From: Chiloscyllium plagiosum
Taxonomy: Eukaryota
Assembly: GCF_004010195.1 (NCBI RefSeq)
Contig: NC_057726.1
Coordinates: forward strand, 68,917,155 to 68,978,406
Length of the DNA: 61,252 bases
Direction: 5' to 3'
Part shown: piece by piece, positions 49,850 to 61,252 of the stretch
How the letters are laid out: every line of letters begins with the position of its first letter
How positions within the stretch are numbered: the stretch's first letter is position 1
The notes under the pieces: model-generated
What the model saw: only the letters and a program-made list of their open reading frames with translations
Database searches by the model: none
What the model was told of the DNA's origin: nothing
Translations under genes and position numbers: made by a program

Positions 49850-51080
49850 TCATGGAATCATAGAGATGTACAGCACGCAAACAGATCCTTTGGTCCAACT
49901 CGACCATGCCTACCAGATATCCTAGATTAATCTCGTCCTATGTGCCAGCATCTGGCCATAATCCCTCTAAACCTTTCTGGTTGATATACGCTTCCAGATG
50001 CCTTTTCAATGTCATAATTGTTCCAACCTCCACCACTTCCCCCGGGCAAGATCAGAGTGGTGCTAGAAAAGCGTAGCAGGTCAGCAACATCAGGAGCAGG
50101 AAAATCGACGTTTCGGGCAGGAGCCCTTCATCAGGAATGAGGCTTCCAGGGTGGAGAGATAAATGGGAGGGGATGGGTGGGTCTGGGGAGAAGGTAGCTG
50201 GGACTGCAATAGGTGGATATAAGTGGGCAGAATGTGATAGGTCGGAGAGAAGGTTGGAGCGGATAGGTGGGAAGGAAGATTGACAGGTTGGACAGGTCAT
50301 GAGGATGGTGCTGAGCTGGCAGGGTGGAACTGCGGTAAGGTGGGAGGAGGAGAAATGAGGAAACTGGTGAAGTCCACATTGATGCCCTTGGGTTGAAGGG
50401 TTCTGAGGTGGAAGATGAGGCGTTCTTCCTCCAGGCATCGAGTGGTCAGGGAGTGGCAGTGGAAGAGGCCCAGGACCTGCATGACCTGGGCAGAGTGGGA
50501 GAGAGAGTTGAAATATTGAACTTCCTCTGGCAGCTCATTCCATACGCGCACCATCCGCTGCAAGAAAACGTTGCCCCTTCCATTTCTTTAAAATCTCTAC
50601 CCTCTCGTCGTAAACCTATATTCTCTAGTTCTGGATTCCCCAACCCTGTGGAAAAGACCTTGTCTATTTACTCTATCCATGTCCCTCATGATTTTATAAA
50701 CCTCATTAAGATCACTCCCCAGCATCCAACACTCAAGAGAAAATAACTTCAGCCCATTCAGGTTCTCCCCAAAGGTAAAATCCTCCAACCATGGCAATAT
50801 CCTTGTAAATCTTTTCTGAACATTTTCAAGTTTTGCAACATTTTTCTTGTTATGAGCTGAACTCATTAACCTAAAAGTACTGAGACAGGAACTGAACTCA
50901 TTAATCCAAAATTCGCCCAACCATGTCCTGTATAGTCCCAAAATGACCTCTCCACTCCAATACTTAATGAACTGACCAATAAATGCAAGCTAACAAATGC
51001 CTTCTTCACCACCCTGCATACCTGTGACACCTCTCTTCAAGGACCTGTGAACCTGCACTCCAATGTTTCTTTGTTCAACA
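49850..51080 (-). mobile_element. CR1 3' fragment interrupted by a Penelope 3' fragment (~50052-50519)
   Basis: CR1 text LENVQKRFTRILP..VYKIMR..WNELPEEV is split by PLE text LEEERLIFHLRTLQPKGINVDFTSF plus a terminal repeat. Confidence 0.85.
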
Positions 51081-51296
51081 CGCCTGTTTTGCCAGTTACT
51101 TGAAAATTCACCAGCGATTGTGATCATCATTGGATGGTTGCATTCCTGATATATGAGTGATACATTCTTTGGTGCTTAAATGTTTGAGTAACTGGGTAAT
51201 GTCAAAGCTGGTGAGTGAGACATGTAAATTTGAGGGTTGGTTCATTGTAGAATAGTGATACAGTCATACCACTGGTGATGCTTGAGTACTCTTATT

Positions 51297-51865
51297 CCAG
51301 ATTCTGGATCAGTGGTGCTGGAAGAGCACAGCAATTCAGACAGCATCCGAAAAGCTTCGAAATCGACGTTTCGGGCAAAAGCCCTTCATCAGGAATAAAG
51401 GCAGAGAGCCTGAAGCGTGGAGAGATAAGCTAGAGGAGGGTGGGGGTGGGGATAGAGTCCACATTGGTGCCCTGGGGTTGAAGTGTTCCGAGGCAGAAGA
51501 TGAGGTGTTCTTCCTCCAGGCGTCTGGTGGTGAGGGAGCGGCGGTGGAGGAGGCCCAGCACCTCCATATCCTCGGCAGAGTGGGAGGGGGAGTTGAAATG
51601 TTGAGCCACGTGGCGATTTGGTTGATTGGTGCGGGTGATGTTCCCTAAAGCGCTCTGCTAGGGGGCGTCCAGTCTCCCTGATGTAGAGGAGACCGCATCG
51701 GGAGCAACGGATACAATAGATGATATTAGTGGATGTGCAGGTAAAACTTTGATGGATGTGGAAGGCTCCTTTAGGGCCTTGGATGGAGGTGAGGGAGGAG
51801 GTATGGGCACAGGTTTTACAGTTCCTGCGGTGGCAGAGGAAAGTGCCAGGATGGGAGGGTGGGGT
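51297..51865 (-). mobile_element. Penelope-like 3' fragment
   Basis: Terminal repeat (atcgacgtttcgggcaaaagcccttcatcagg) plus a GIY-YIG-region remnant related to 54926-55508. Confidence 0.8.
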
Positions 51866-53907
51866 GATATCTAACTGGCAATGGCAACAATGAAATTTGC
51901 ATGGATGAACTGCAACACTTGTTCATTTTGTAGATCTCAATGAAATGGCATTAGGGAAATTGATTAGATTAAATGCTGAATGATACACAGCACCACATAA
52001 TCTAAGCAGTGGATCTTGACAGAGTGGATGCATTGTTGGTCATTCCTCAAGATTCTATAGACTGTAGCATGGTTCCAATGGATTGCAGTTAGCTAATTTT
52101 ATTGTCGTATATCAAAACAAAAAAAAAGTGGTTGGAGGGAAAATGCGGTATTGGCATGTAAAATTAAACACAAGTGATTGGGAGTTGTGCGTTGATTTTA
52201 AAGAGATTTGGTAAGCAGAAAGCTAACAAAAAGATGGCTGGACAGTTGATGTGTTGTAGCTGTATGATGTGGACGTTTTCTGATCCCATTGTGAACGGCA
52301 GTGATTACATCTGCAGCAAGTGTTGGTTGTTCGATTAACTCCTGATCAGAATCGATGATCTGGAGTCTGAGCTTCAAATATTGTGGCATAGGGAGAGAGT
52401 TACCTGGATACTTTGTTTCAGGGGACAGTCACACCCGGTAGATTGAATAATTCAAATTCATTTAGTGATCGGGGACAACAGTGTGTGATTGTAAGTGAAG
52501 CAGATTGGGGGATTCTGAGTTCAGGAATGGAGGAAGCCCGGCCCTTGACCTTGTCCGACAGGTATGAAATTTTTGTTCCCTGTATGGATGAGGAAAAGGG
52601 CTGTGGACAGGATAGGCCAGCTGACCATGGCACCATGGTACAGAAAGTTATTCAAGATGGGGGAGCAAAAAGACAAGTAGTTGTTATAGGGCATTCTATA
52701 ATTAGGGGGACAGATAGTATCCTTTGCGAGCCAGATCATGAGTCCCGCTTGATGTGTTGTCTGCCTGGTGCCAGGAGGCAAGTCATCTCCAACTGGCTTG
52801 AAAGGATATTGGAGCGGGAGGGAGAAGATCCAGTTGTTGTCATCCACATTGGCAGTAACAACATCTGCAAAGCTGGGAAGGAGGAGAAAATTAAGGAAGT
52901 AAGCACGTGGCTAAGAGGTTAGTGTGGGAAAGTGGGATTCCATTTCATGGGATATTGGCATCAGTTTTGGAACCGGGGTTATCTGTACCAATGGGATGGT
53001 CTCAGCCTGAACTGATCTGGAACCAGTGTTCTAGCAAAAAAGACAAATGGGGTTGTTGCTAGAACTTTTAAATCTGTGAGTCGTGGGGGAAGGGAAAGGG
53101 AAATCGATAGGGAGTATCGAGTGAGGTAGAAACCTAAGCAGCAGGTTAACATATGTGCAGGGTTTAATTTCAAGGCAGATTAGGAATGGAGCAAAAAGGA
53201 AGGATAACTTGGGGCATGTTACTAGCTCCTATATTCTGAAAAAGTTTGGGATCCTCGTTTGGCTTCATGAATTGGATTCTGTTTCGAAGCTGAGATGTTT
53301 TTACAGTCAGCTTGCACGTTTCCCATCACTTACTCTCATGCTTTTCCACCACCTAATAAATTGGTTTGTCCTCCTTCGTTGAGATCTACGCAATGAACAA
53401 GTGTTTCAGTTCATCTATGCACATTTCATTGTTGCCATTGCCAATTAAATTTCACCCCTTGAAATCGCATTCTCTGTTTATTGTATCCTCATGGAAATCA
53501 TGAGAACACGAAAATTAGCATTAAACGCTTTATTTGAATGGCTGCAGTACTTGTAACAAAGTAGATGAACTAATAGCACCAATCATCGTGAATGATTATG
53601 ATTTGGTAGGCATTACAGAGACGTGGTTGCAGGGTTGCAGGACTGGTAGTTAAGCATCCAAGGATTTACAAGGTAGCAAAAAAGGAAGGTGGGCAGAGGG
53701 GTTGGGGTTGTCTTGTTATTAAAAAATTAAATTAAATCCATGGCACTGAATGACATAGGGTCAGATGATGTGGAGTTTTTGTGGGTGGAGTTGAGGAAGC
53801 ACAAAGGTCAAAAAACAAACATAGTTGGAGTAATGTACAGGCTTCCTGCCAGTGGTCAGGACCAGGATCGTAAGATGTACTGGGAAATAGGGCATTTCAG
53901 AAAGGCA

Positions 53908-54443
53908 AGGTGTGAAATTCTGGTCTCCTTCCTATCAGAACGATGGTGTGAAACTTGAAAGGGTTCAGGAAAGATTTACAAGGATGTTGCCAGGGTTGGA
54001 GGATTTGAACTAGAGGGAGAGGCTGAACAGTTTGGGGCAGTTTTCCCTGGAGCCTCAGAGGCTGAGGTGTAACCTGATGAAAGTTTACAAAATTATGAGG
54101 GGCATGGATAGGGTAAATAGACAAAGTCTTTTCCCTGGGGTCGGGGAGTCCAGAACTAGAGGGCATAGGTTTAAGGTGAGAGGGGAAAGATATAAAAGAG
54201 ACCTAAGGGGCCACGTTTTCGCACAGCAAGTGGTACGTGTATGGAATGAGCTTCCAGGGGAAGTGATGGAGGCTGGTATAATTGCAACATATCAGAGGCA
54301 TTTGGATGGATATATGAATAAGAAGGGTTTGGAGGGATATGGGCCGGGTGCTGGCAGGTGGTACTAGATTAGGTTGGGATACCTGGTCGGCGTGGATGGG
54401 TTGGACCAAATGGTCTGTTTCCATGCTGTAAATCTCTGTGACT
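53908..54443 (+). mobile_element. Second CR1 3' fragment nested in the long CR1
   Basis: RT C-terminus and 3' UTR (..VYKIMRGMDRVN..WNELPGEVMEAG..) inside the host APE region. Confidence 0.8.
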
Positions 54444-54925
54444 AAATGACTGTAAAAAAGGTCTTTAATATGGGAACACTTAGGAGGAAGCGATCATAAT
54501 ATGATTGAATTCAGTCTGCAGTTTGAAAGAGAGAAGGTAAAATCAGATGTAATGGTGTTACAGTCAAATAAAGGTAATTACGCGGCACGAGAGATGAACT
54601 GATAAAAATCGACTGGACGCAGAGCCGAACGGGCAAGACAGTAAACAACAACAGCAGGAGTTTCTGGGTGTAATTGAGGACACTGTACAGAGGTTCATCC
54701 CAAAGAAAAGAAAGCTTATCCACGGTGGGGGAGGGTGATTAGACAGCCATGGCTTACAGAGGAAGTCGGGAAATGTACCAAAGACAAAGAGAGAGGCGAT
54801 AAAGTTGCCAAGAGTACTGGGAAATCAGATAATTGGGAAGAATACAAAACAAACAGACGATAACAAAGAGAGAAATAAGGAAGGAGAGGATCGAATATGA
54901 AGGTAGTCTAGACAGTAATATTAGA

Positions 54926-55508
54926 GGAGAAAGTGAGGACTGCAGATGCTGGAGATCAGAGCTGAAAATGTGTTGCTGGAAAAGCACAGCAGGTCAGGCG
55001 GTATCCAAGGAACAGAGGAAGAAGATTGCAGGTTAGGAAGGCGGTGCTGAGTTCGAGGGATTTGACTGAGACAAGCTGTGGGGAGGGGAAATGAGGAAAC
55101 TGGAGAAATCTGAGTTCATTCCTTGATGTTGGAGGGTTCCTAGGCGGAAGATGAGGCGCTCTTCCTCCAGCCGTCGTGTTGCTATGGTCTGGCGATGGAG
55201 GAGTCCAAGGACCTGCATGTCCTTGGTGGAGTGGGAGGGGGAGTTGAAGTGTTGAGCCATGGGGTGGTTGGGTTGGTTGGTCTGGGTGTCCTAGAGGTGT
55301 TCTCTGAAACATTCCGCAAGTAGGCGGCCTGTCTCCCCGATATAGAGGAGTCCACATCGTGTGCAGTGGATGCAATAAATGATGTGTGTGGAGGTGCAGG
55401 TGAATTTGTGGCGGATATGGAAGTATCCCTTGGGGCCTTGGAGGGAAGTAAGGGGGGAGGTGTGAGCGCAAGTTTTGCATTTCTTGTGGTTGCAGGGGAA
55501 GGTGCCCT
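54926..55508 (-). mobile_element. Penelope-like 3' fragment with 15-bp target-site duplication
   Basis: AQHFNSPSHS..RRLEEERLIFRLGTLQ; gacagtaatattaga at 54911-54925 and 55509-55523. Confidence 0.88.
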
Positions 55509-55872
55509 GACAGTAATATTAGAAATGATACTAAAGATTCGGTACATGAAAAAAAAACAAATGCGAGGCAAAAGTAGACATTGGTGCAGGAAGGCTAGTG
55601 CTGGGAGATAAGGAAATATCTGAAGAACTTAATAAGTACTTTGGGTCTGTCTTCACAGTGGAAGACAGGAGTAATACCCAACAATTATGTAGAGTCGGGG
55701 GAGAGTTGAGTATGGTAGCCATTACAAAAGAGAAAGTGTCCGAAAAGCTGAAGGGTCTAAGGTGTAGGTTTGCTCGCTGAGCTGTAGGTTTGATATCCAG
55801 ACGTTTTGTTACCTGGCTAGGTAACATCATCAGTGGCGACCTCCAAGTGAAGACTTCACTTGGAGGTCGCCA

Positions 55873-55906
55873 CTGATGATGTTACCTAGCCAGGTAACGA
55901 AACGTC
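55873..55906 (+). ncRNA. Minimal type I hammerhead ribozyme motif in the PLE terminal repeat
   Basis: CTGATGA-t-GTTACC-tagcca-GGTAAC-GAAAC-GTC: conserved core, 6-bp stem II, palindromic ACGT stem III. Confidence 0.7.
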
Positions 55907-56608
55907 TGGATATCAAATCTACAGTTCAGCGAGCAAACCTACACCCTAAATCTCAATCTGAGCTGCAAACCTTCACAAACCTTGCAAAAGCCTATGGGCG
56001 CAACATGCTACATCTTGACCGAAGATGGGAAAGGAATGCCTCCGAGAGAGTTCCACCCACGAACAACTGTACGTCCTGCATGAATGTTTAAGAAAACCGT
56101 TACTGCCAAAACGTCTCCAATATAAACCGCCGATAAAAAACACCTCAAGCCAAAAGTTTAACAGAACAAAACGGCCGCAGAATGCTCCGAGAACTAATCA
56201 ATGACGCTCACCACAGACTCCGAAAATACGAACAGGAAATTGCGCGCCAAAAACCGTTATTCAAACAAGCAACAAATCAAGAATGGACAGACGCGGTAGA
56301 ACGAGCCATAAACACCAAACAACGACAAACACAGATAAAGAAAAATCGGGACCTGAAGAAAAAACTGGACAAACTCACAAAAAATGACAAAACCGATAAC
56401 AAAGGGGCATGGATAAAGAACTTATCAGACTGGACCCTATCAGACACAGAAAAAGCGGTACTAGTCAAAGGATTAAATTTCAAATTACCGAGACGCTGAC
56501 AAGAAGGATTTCCTAGCGGCATCAGAAACCACATTGAAGGACAACAATCTCACGGTAGAAACACAACAAGCGATCAGACAGACAGTTGCACCTACTCTGA
56601 GCCGAAAG

Positions 56609-56728
56609 TGAGGACTGCAGATGCTGGAGATCAGATTCCTGAAGAAGGGCTTATGCCCGAAACGTCGATTCTCCTGTTCCCTGGATGCTGCCTGACCTGC
56701 TGCGCTTTTCCAGCAACACATTTTCAGC
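56609..56728. mobile_element. Short PLE terminal-repeat insertion nested in the PLE
   Basis: Flanked by the direct repeat cctactctgagccgaaag (56591-56608, 56729-56746); contains cctgaagaagggcttatgcccgaaacgtcg. Confidence 0.85.
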
Positions 56729-58959
56729 CCTACTCTGAGCCGAAAGAGGGAAGGAAACAAACTGAACACACAAGAAAAGAAAGCCCTAGAAAACCTCAAA
56801 AAAAACAAACACATCGGTGTATTACCTGCAGACAAAGGTTGGCTCACTGTCATCCTGAACAGAAGGGACTACATTGAGAAAGCCAAGGCACTACTCGCAG
56901 ACACCAACACCTACCAACAGGTGGCGCTAGACCCGACCCCACAACTAGGAAACAAAATTACATCTCTCCGAAGAAAATTACACAATTCCAGACAATTAAA
57001 CAAGACAGAATTCCAGAAAATCAAACCCGACGGGACCAACACCCCACGATTCTACGGACTACCAAAAATCCATAAACCAGGTGCCCCCCTCAGACCTATA
57101 GTCACCCTACCCGGAACACCAACTTACAGACTGACCAAAGAACTACACGCAAGACTGAAATACCTAGTAGAAGAGTCACAGCACTCCATCCACTCCACCC
57201 AGGAATTCCTAAAAATCATCAAAGGCTTCACTTGGAGGTCGCCACTGAATTGTTACCTAGCCTGTTAACGAAATGTCTGGATATCAAACCGACAGCTCAG
57301 TGAGCAAACCTACACCCTAAATCTCAACCTGAGCTACAAACCTTCACAAACCTTGCAGCTGAAGGGTCTAAAAATTGATAAATCTCCTAGCCCAGGTGGG
57401 CTACATCCTAGAGTTCTGAGGGAAGTGGCTGAGAAAATAGTGGAGGCATTAGTTGTGATCTTTCAAAAGCCACTGAAGTCAGGTAAAATCCCAGATGATT
57501 GGAAAATCGCTGTTGTAACTCCATTGTTCAAGAAAGGATCAAGGCAAAAGATGGGAAATTATAGGCTGATTAGCCTAACCTCAGTTGTTGGTATAATTCC
57601 AGAATCCATCATTAAGGATGAGATTGCTAAATTCTTGAAAGTCAGCATGGATTTAGTAAGGGAATTCATGCCGGATAAACCTGTTAGAATTCATTGCAGA
57701 GGTGACAAGTAGGTTAGACCAGGGAAACCCAGTTGATATTATCTATCTAGACTTCCAAAACGCCTTTGATAAGGTGCCTCATGGGAGGCTGCTAATTAAG
57801 GTGAGGGCCCATGGTGTTCGAGGTGAGCTATTGGCATGGATTGAGGATTGGCTGTCTGACTGAATGCAGAGAGTTGGGATAAAAGGTTCTTTTTTCGGAA
57901 TGGCAGCTGGAGACAAGTGGTGTTCCGCAGGGTTCAGTGTTGGGGCTGCAGTTGTTCACTTTATATATTAATGAGCTGGATGAAGGCACTGGGGGCATTC
58001 TGGTGAAGTTTGCCAATTATATGAAGTTATACGACAGGCAGGTAGTACTGAGGAGTGTAGAGGCTGCAGGAAGATCTAGACAGTTTAGCAGAGTGGTCCA
58101 GGAAATGGCAGATGAAATTCAATGTAAACAATTTTGAGGTCTTGCACTTAGGAAAAAAGAGTACAGATATGTTCTAAATGGAGAGAAAATTCATAAAGCC
58201 AAAGTACAAAGGGGTCTGGGAGTGCTAGTGTAGGATTCTCTAAAGGTTAACTTGCAGGGTGAGTCTGTGATTAAGAAAGTTAATGCAATTTTGTCATTTA
58301 TCTTAAGAGGGTTGGAATATAAAAGCAACAATGTGCTTCTGAGACTTTATAAAGATCTAGTTATGCCCCATTTAGAATACTGTGTCCGATTTCGGACCCC
58401 ACACCTCAGGAAAGGCATGCTGGCACTAGAGCGTGTCTAGCGGAGATTCACACAGATGATTCCTGGAATGGTAAGTCTAACATACTACGAATGGCTGAGG
58501 ATCCTGGGATTGTATTCATTAGAATTTAGAAGATTGAGGAGAGATCGAATAGAAACTTACAAGATAATGCATGGCTTAGAAAGGATGGACCCTAGCAAGT
58601 TGTTTTCGTTAGGCAGAGAGACTAGGATCCGTGGGCACAGCCTGAGATTAGAGAGGGTCAAGTTAGAATGGAACTGAGGAGACATTTCTTCAGCCAGAGA
58701 GTGGTGGGCCTGTGGAATTCATTGCCACAGAGCACAGTGGGACCGGGATGTTAAATGTCTTCAATGCAGGGATTGATAAATTCTTGATCTTGCAAGGAAT
58801 TAAGGGCTATGACGAAAGTGCGGGTAAGTAGAGTTTAAATGCCTATCAGCCATAATTGAATGGCGGAGTGGACTTGATGGGCCGAATGGCCTTACTTCCA
58901 CTCTTATGTCTTTTGATTATATGGTTTTAAAAAGTAACAATAAGCATGTTGATTTCTAA

Positions 58960-59870
58960 GTGACAGTTGTGTGCCACAGGTGTCAATGTTTAGTCCATAA
59001 GATATTCACAATATGTATTAATGATCTGATGAGGTGAATGAGAGTAATATTACCAATTTTGCAAGGTGGAATGAGTGGCTGACCTGTGAGAAGACTTAGG
59101 AGATACTCAATGCGATTTGGATAAATTCAGTGAATCGAAAAGGATGTAGCAGATTAGGTATAATGTGATTTTATCTGCTTTGATACAAAGATAAAGAAAA
59201 AGGATGTCAAATTGTTATCTGATAGATCCGATAGAAAGTGCGAGCTGCAATAATACCAGTGATCCAAATACACCAGTTATTGAAATCAAGCATGCTGATG
59301 CAACAGACAGTGAATTGTTGGCATTCGTGGCGAACTGATCCAAGCACGGGTACAAAGATGTCTTGCTGCAATTGTACAGGGTCATACTGTGACTATACCT
59401 TGCGTAATATATGTAGAGCTTTTTTCTTCTTAACAGATGAATGATTGCCTACTATGATGGGAGTCCAATAAAGAATTACTATCTGATTCCTAGTACTACA
59501 AGACTGTTGTATGAGGAAAGTCTGGATTGGTTTGGTATAGTTTGTACTGGAGTTTAGAAGAATGAATGGGTTTCTCATAAAAACCTATACTTATACTGTT
59601 TAGACAGAGGAAGCATTTTCCCGATGACCAGGGAGTCCAGTGGTAAAATTCTTCGGATTGTTCATGGGCATATGCGACTGAGATGATGAGAAATGGTTTC
59701 AATCAGACAGTGGTAGATCCTTTGAATTCTTAGCCATTGAAAATAATTGAGGAAAAAACATTTATTCTTTTCAAAGAGGTGTTAGATGTAGGGATCAAAT
59801 TGTCTGGGGAGAAATTGGGAACATGTTACAGATTTCGATGATCATCTCTATGATGACATTGAATGGTGGT
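58960..59870 (+). mobile_element. Old CR1-type LINE 3' fragment
   Basis: Decayed gtgccacaggtgtcaatgtt, tatattaatgatct, ctggagtttagaagaatga motifs. Confidence 0.6.
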
Positions 59871-60299
59871 CATGATTTGGAGATGCCGGTATTGGACTGG
59901 GTGCACAAAGTTAAAAATCACATAATACAAGGTTTATTTGGAATCACTCGCTTTTAACCACCTGATAAATAAGCAGCGCCTCAAAAGCTAGTGATTCCAA
60001 ATAAACCTGTTGGGCTATAACCTGGTGTTGTGTGATTTTTAACTTAATTGAATGGCGAAACAGTCTCAAAGAGCCACATAACATAGACCTGCTTCCATTT
60101 CCTTTGTTTCTGAGAAATAAATAAGAAATAAATGAAGACTTAATTGGAGTTAACTGAACAATTTTTCTTGGGACAATATTAGAATGCACTATAATAGAAT
60201 AGCAGAACCTTTAGTAATGTATAATATAATCAAGTAGATTCACCATGGCTACATGAAAGGGACATTATACATGAAGATCTGATTTGAGTCACTCTCATA

Positions 60300-60602
60300 A
60301 AATCCTGCCAGTGTGGCAACAGGCCATATGGCCTATCTCGTCGGTACTGACATTCAAACAGCATCCCACCCCCTTACCCTATCCCTGTAACTCTGCATAT
60401 TTCCAGGGTAATCTACCTAATGTGGACACTACGGGACAACTTTGCATGGCTAATCCAGCTAACATCCACATCTTTGTACTGTGGGGAGAAACGAGAGCAC
60501 AATGAGGAAACTCCACGCAGACCGTCACCTGCGTGTGGAATCATACCTGGGACCCTGGCACTGTGAGGCAGCAGTATTAACAACTGGGCTACTGTGCCGC
60601 CC
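60300..60602 (-). mobile_element. V-SINE, diverged
   Basis: Reverse-strand tRNA head (ccctggcactgtgaggcagcagtattaacaactgggctactgtgccgccc). Confidence 0.75.
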
Positions 60603-61152
60603 CTTCAGCAGGTAACAATTAGAATAAGTTAATGGGAAGAAGTGGATGAAATGTATTTAGATTTCCAAAAATAGTTTGTTGAGTAGTTACTACACATAGG
60701 ATGACTTCATAAAGGGAAGAGACAATGATGTTCAATGTAGTATACTTGCAGTTATGGAGCAATGGCTAACTAATAGAAAACAGAGAGTTAGGGTAATGGA
60801 GGATTTGCTTGGTAGCAACATAAACTATTGAAATGTCGAAATGGATTAGTACAGGTGCAACATTGAATTACAATAAATACATTGTCGGCAGGAAGTGATT
60901 GCATTGTCGCCACGTTTGTGATTAACACAAAAAATTGGAATAGCAAAGAATGACGATGACACAGTGAGTCCACAATGGGATGAGGACAGGTTAAACAAGT
61001 GGACAATATTTTTGTAAATGGAGCATAATGTTGGAAATCTTTCGGCAGGAGGTATAGAGGAGGTGAATATCATAAAAATGGGGGAAAATGCAGAAAGCTG
61101 CAACACAGAGGAATTTTGTTGTCGTCTGACATGAATCACAAATTGTGATTTG

Positions 61153-61252
61153 TGGGCGGCACGGTGGCACAGTGGTTAGCACTGCTGCCTCGCAGCGCCA
61201 GAGACCCGGGTTCAATTCCCGACTCAGGCGACTGACTGTGTGGAGTTTGCAC
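61153..61252 (+). mobile_element. HE1-like V-SINE 5' part (runs off window)
   Basis: gggcggcacggtggcacagtggttagcactgctgcctc...ggttcaattcc...tgtgtggagtttgcac. Confidence 0.9.

Larger units (their letters stand above)
55761..57356 (+). mobile_element. Penelope-like element with palindromic 5' end, 15-bp TSD and an internal nested insertion
   Basis: WIKNLSDWTLSDTEKAVLVKGLNF, PRFYGLPKIHKPGAPLRPIV; TSD agctgaagggtctaa at 55746-55760 and 57357-57371; inverted arms 55761-55852/55854-55945. Confidence 0.9.
52170..58915 (+). mobile_element. Near full-length decayed CR1 LINE (ORF1 SGNH/esterase-like, ORF2 APE-RT) hosting nested insertions
   Basis: ORF1 VVVIGHSIIRG..CCLPGAR..VVIHIGSNNI; APE GITETWL, VEFLWVEL..GVMYRLP; RT KSPSPGGLHPRVL, PLFKKG, PHLEYC; 3' UTR at ~58860-58915. 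Confidence 0.88.

Overview
Repeat-rich eukaryotic genomic DNA from a cartilaginous fish. HE1/V-SINE, CR1, RTE and Penelope-type repeats indicate an elasmobranch; a carpet/bamboo shark is a guess. There are three N-gaps. Among the transposon debris lies a cluster of spliced, germline-encoded immunoglobulin-superfamily receptor genes with the architecture leader - V(J)-type domain - C1-set domain - TM. Gene A (minus; exons 5787-5733, 5539-5219, 1212-931, 58-<1) is open and phase-consistent and has an 'N-x-x-R' charged TM of the activating type. Gene B (plus; C1 12773-13054, tandemly duplicated TM/cyt1 exons, tail exons 17785-17907 and <19132-19235) has an uncharged TM and ITIM/ITSM-like tyrosine pairs, so it is of the inhibitory type; its leader and V are not visible and may lie in the 11138-11637 gap. 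Relic C (plus, ~21060-24700) keeps only the 5' flank and the ITIM exons. Gene D (minus; L 47010-46956, V 46758-46444, C1 40715-40441, TM 37298-37198) is an activating-type pseudogene. The C1 exons of inverted genes A and B are ~94% identical inside more divergent flanks, which suggests gene conversion. Together this looks like a non-rearranging, antigen-receptor-like paired (activating/inhibitory) receptor system undergoing birth-and-death evolution.
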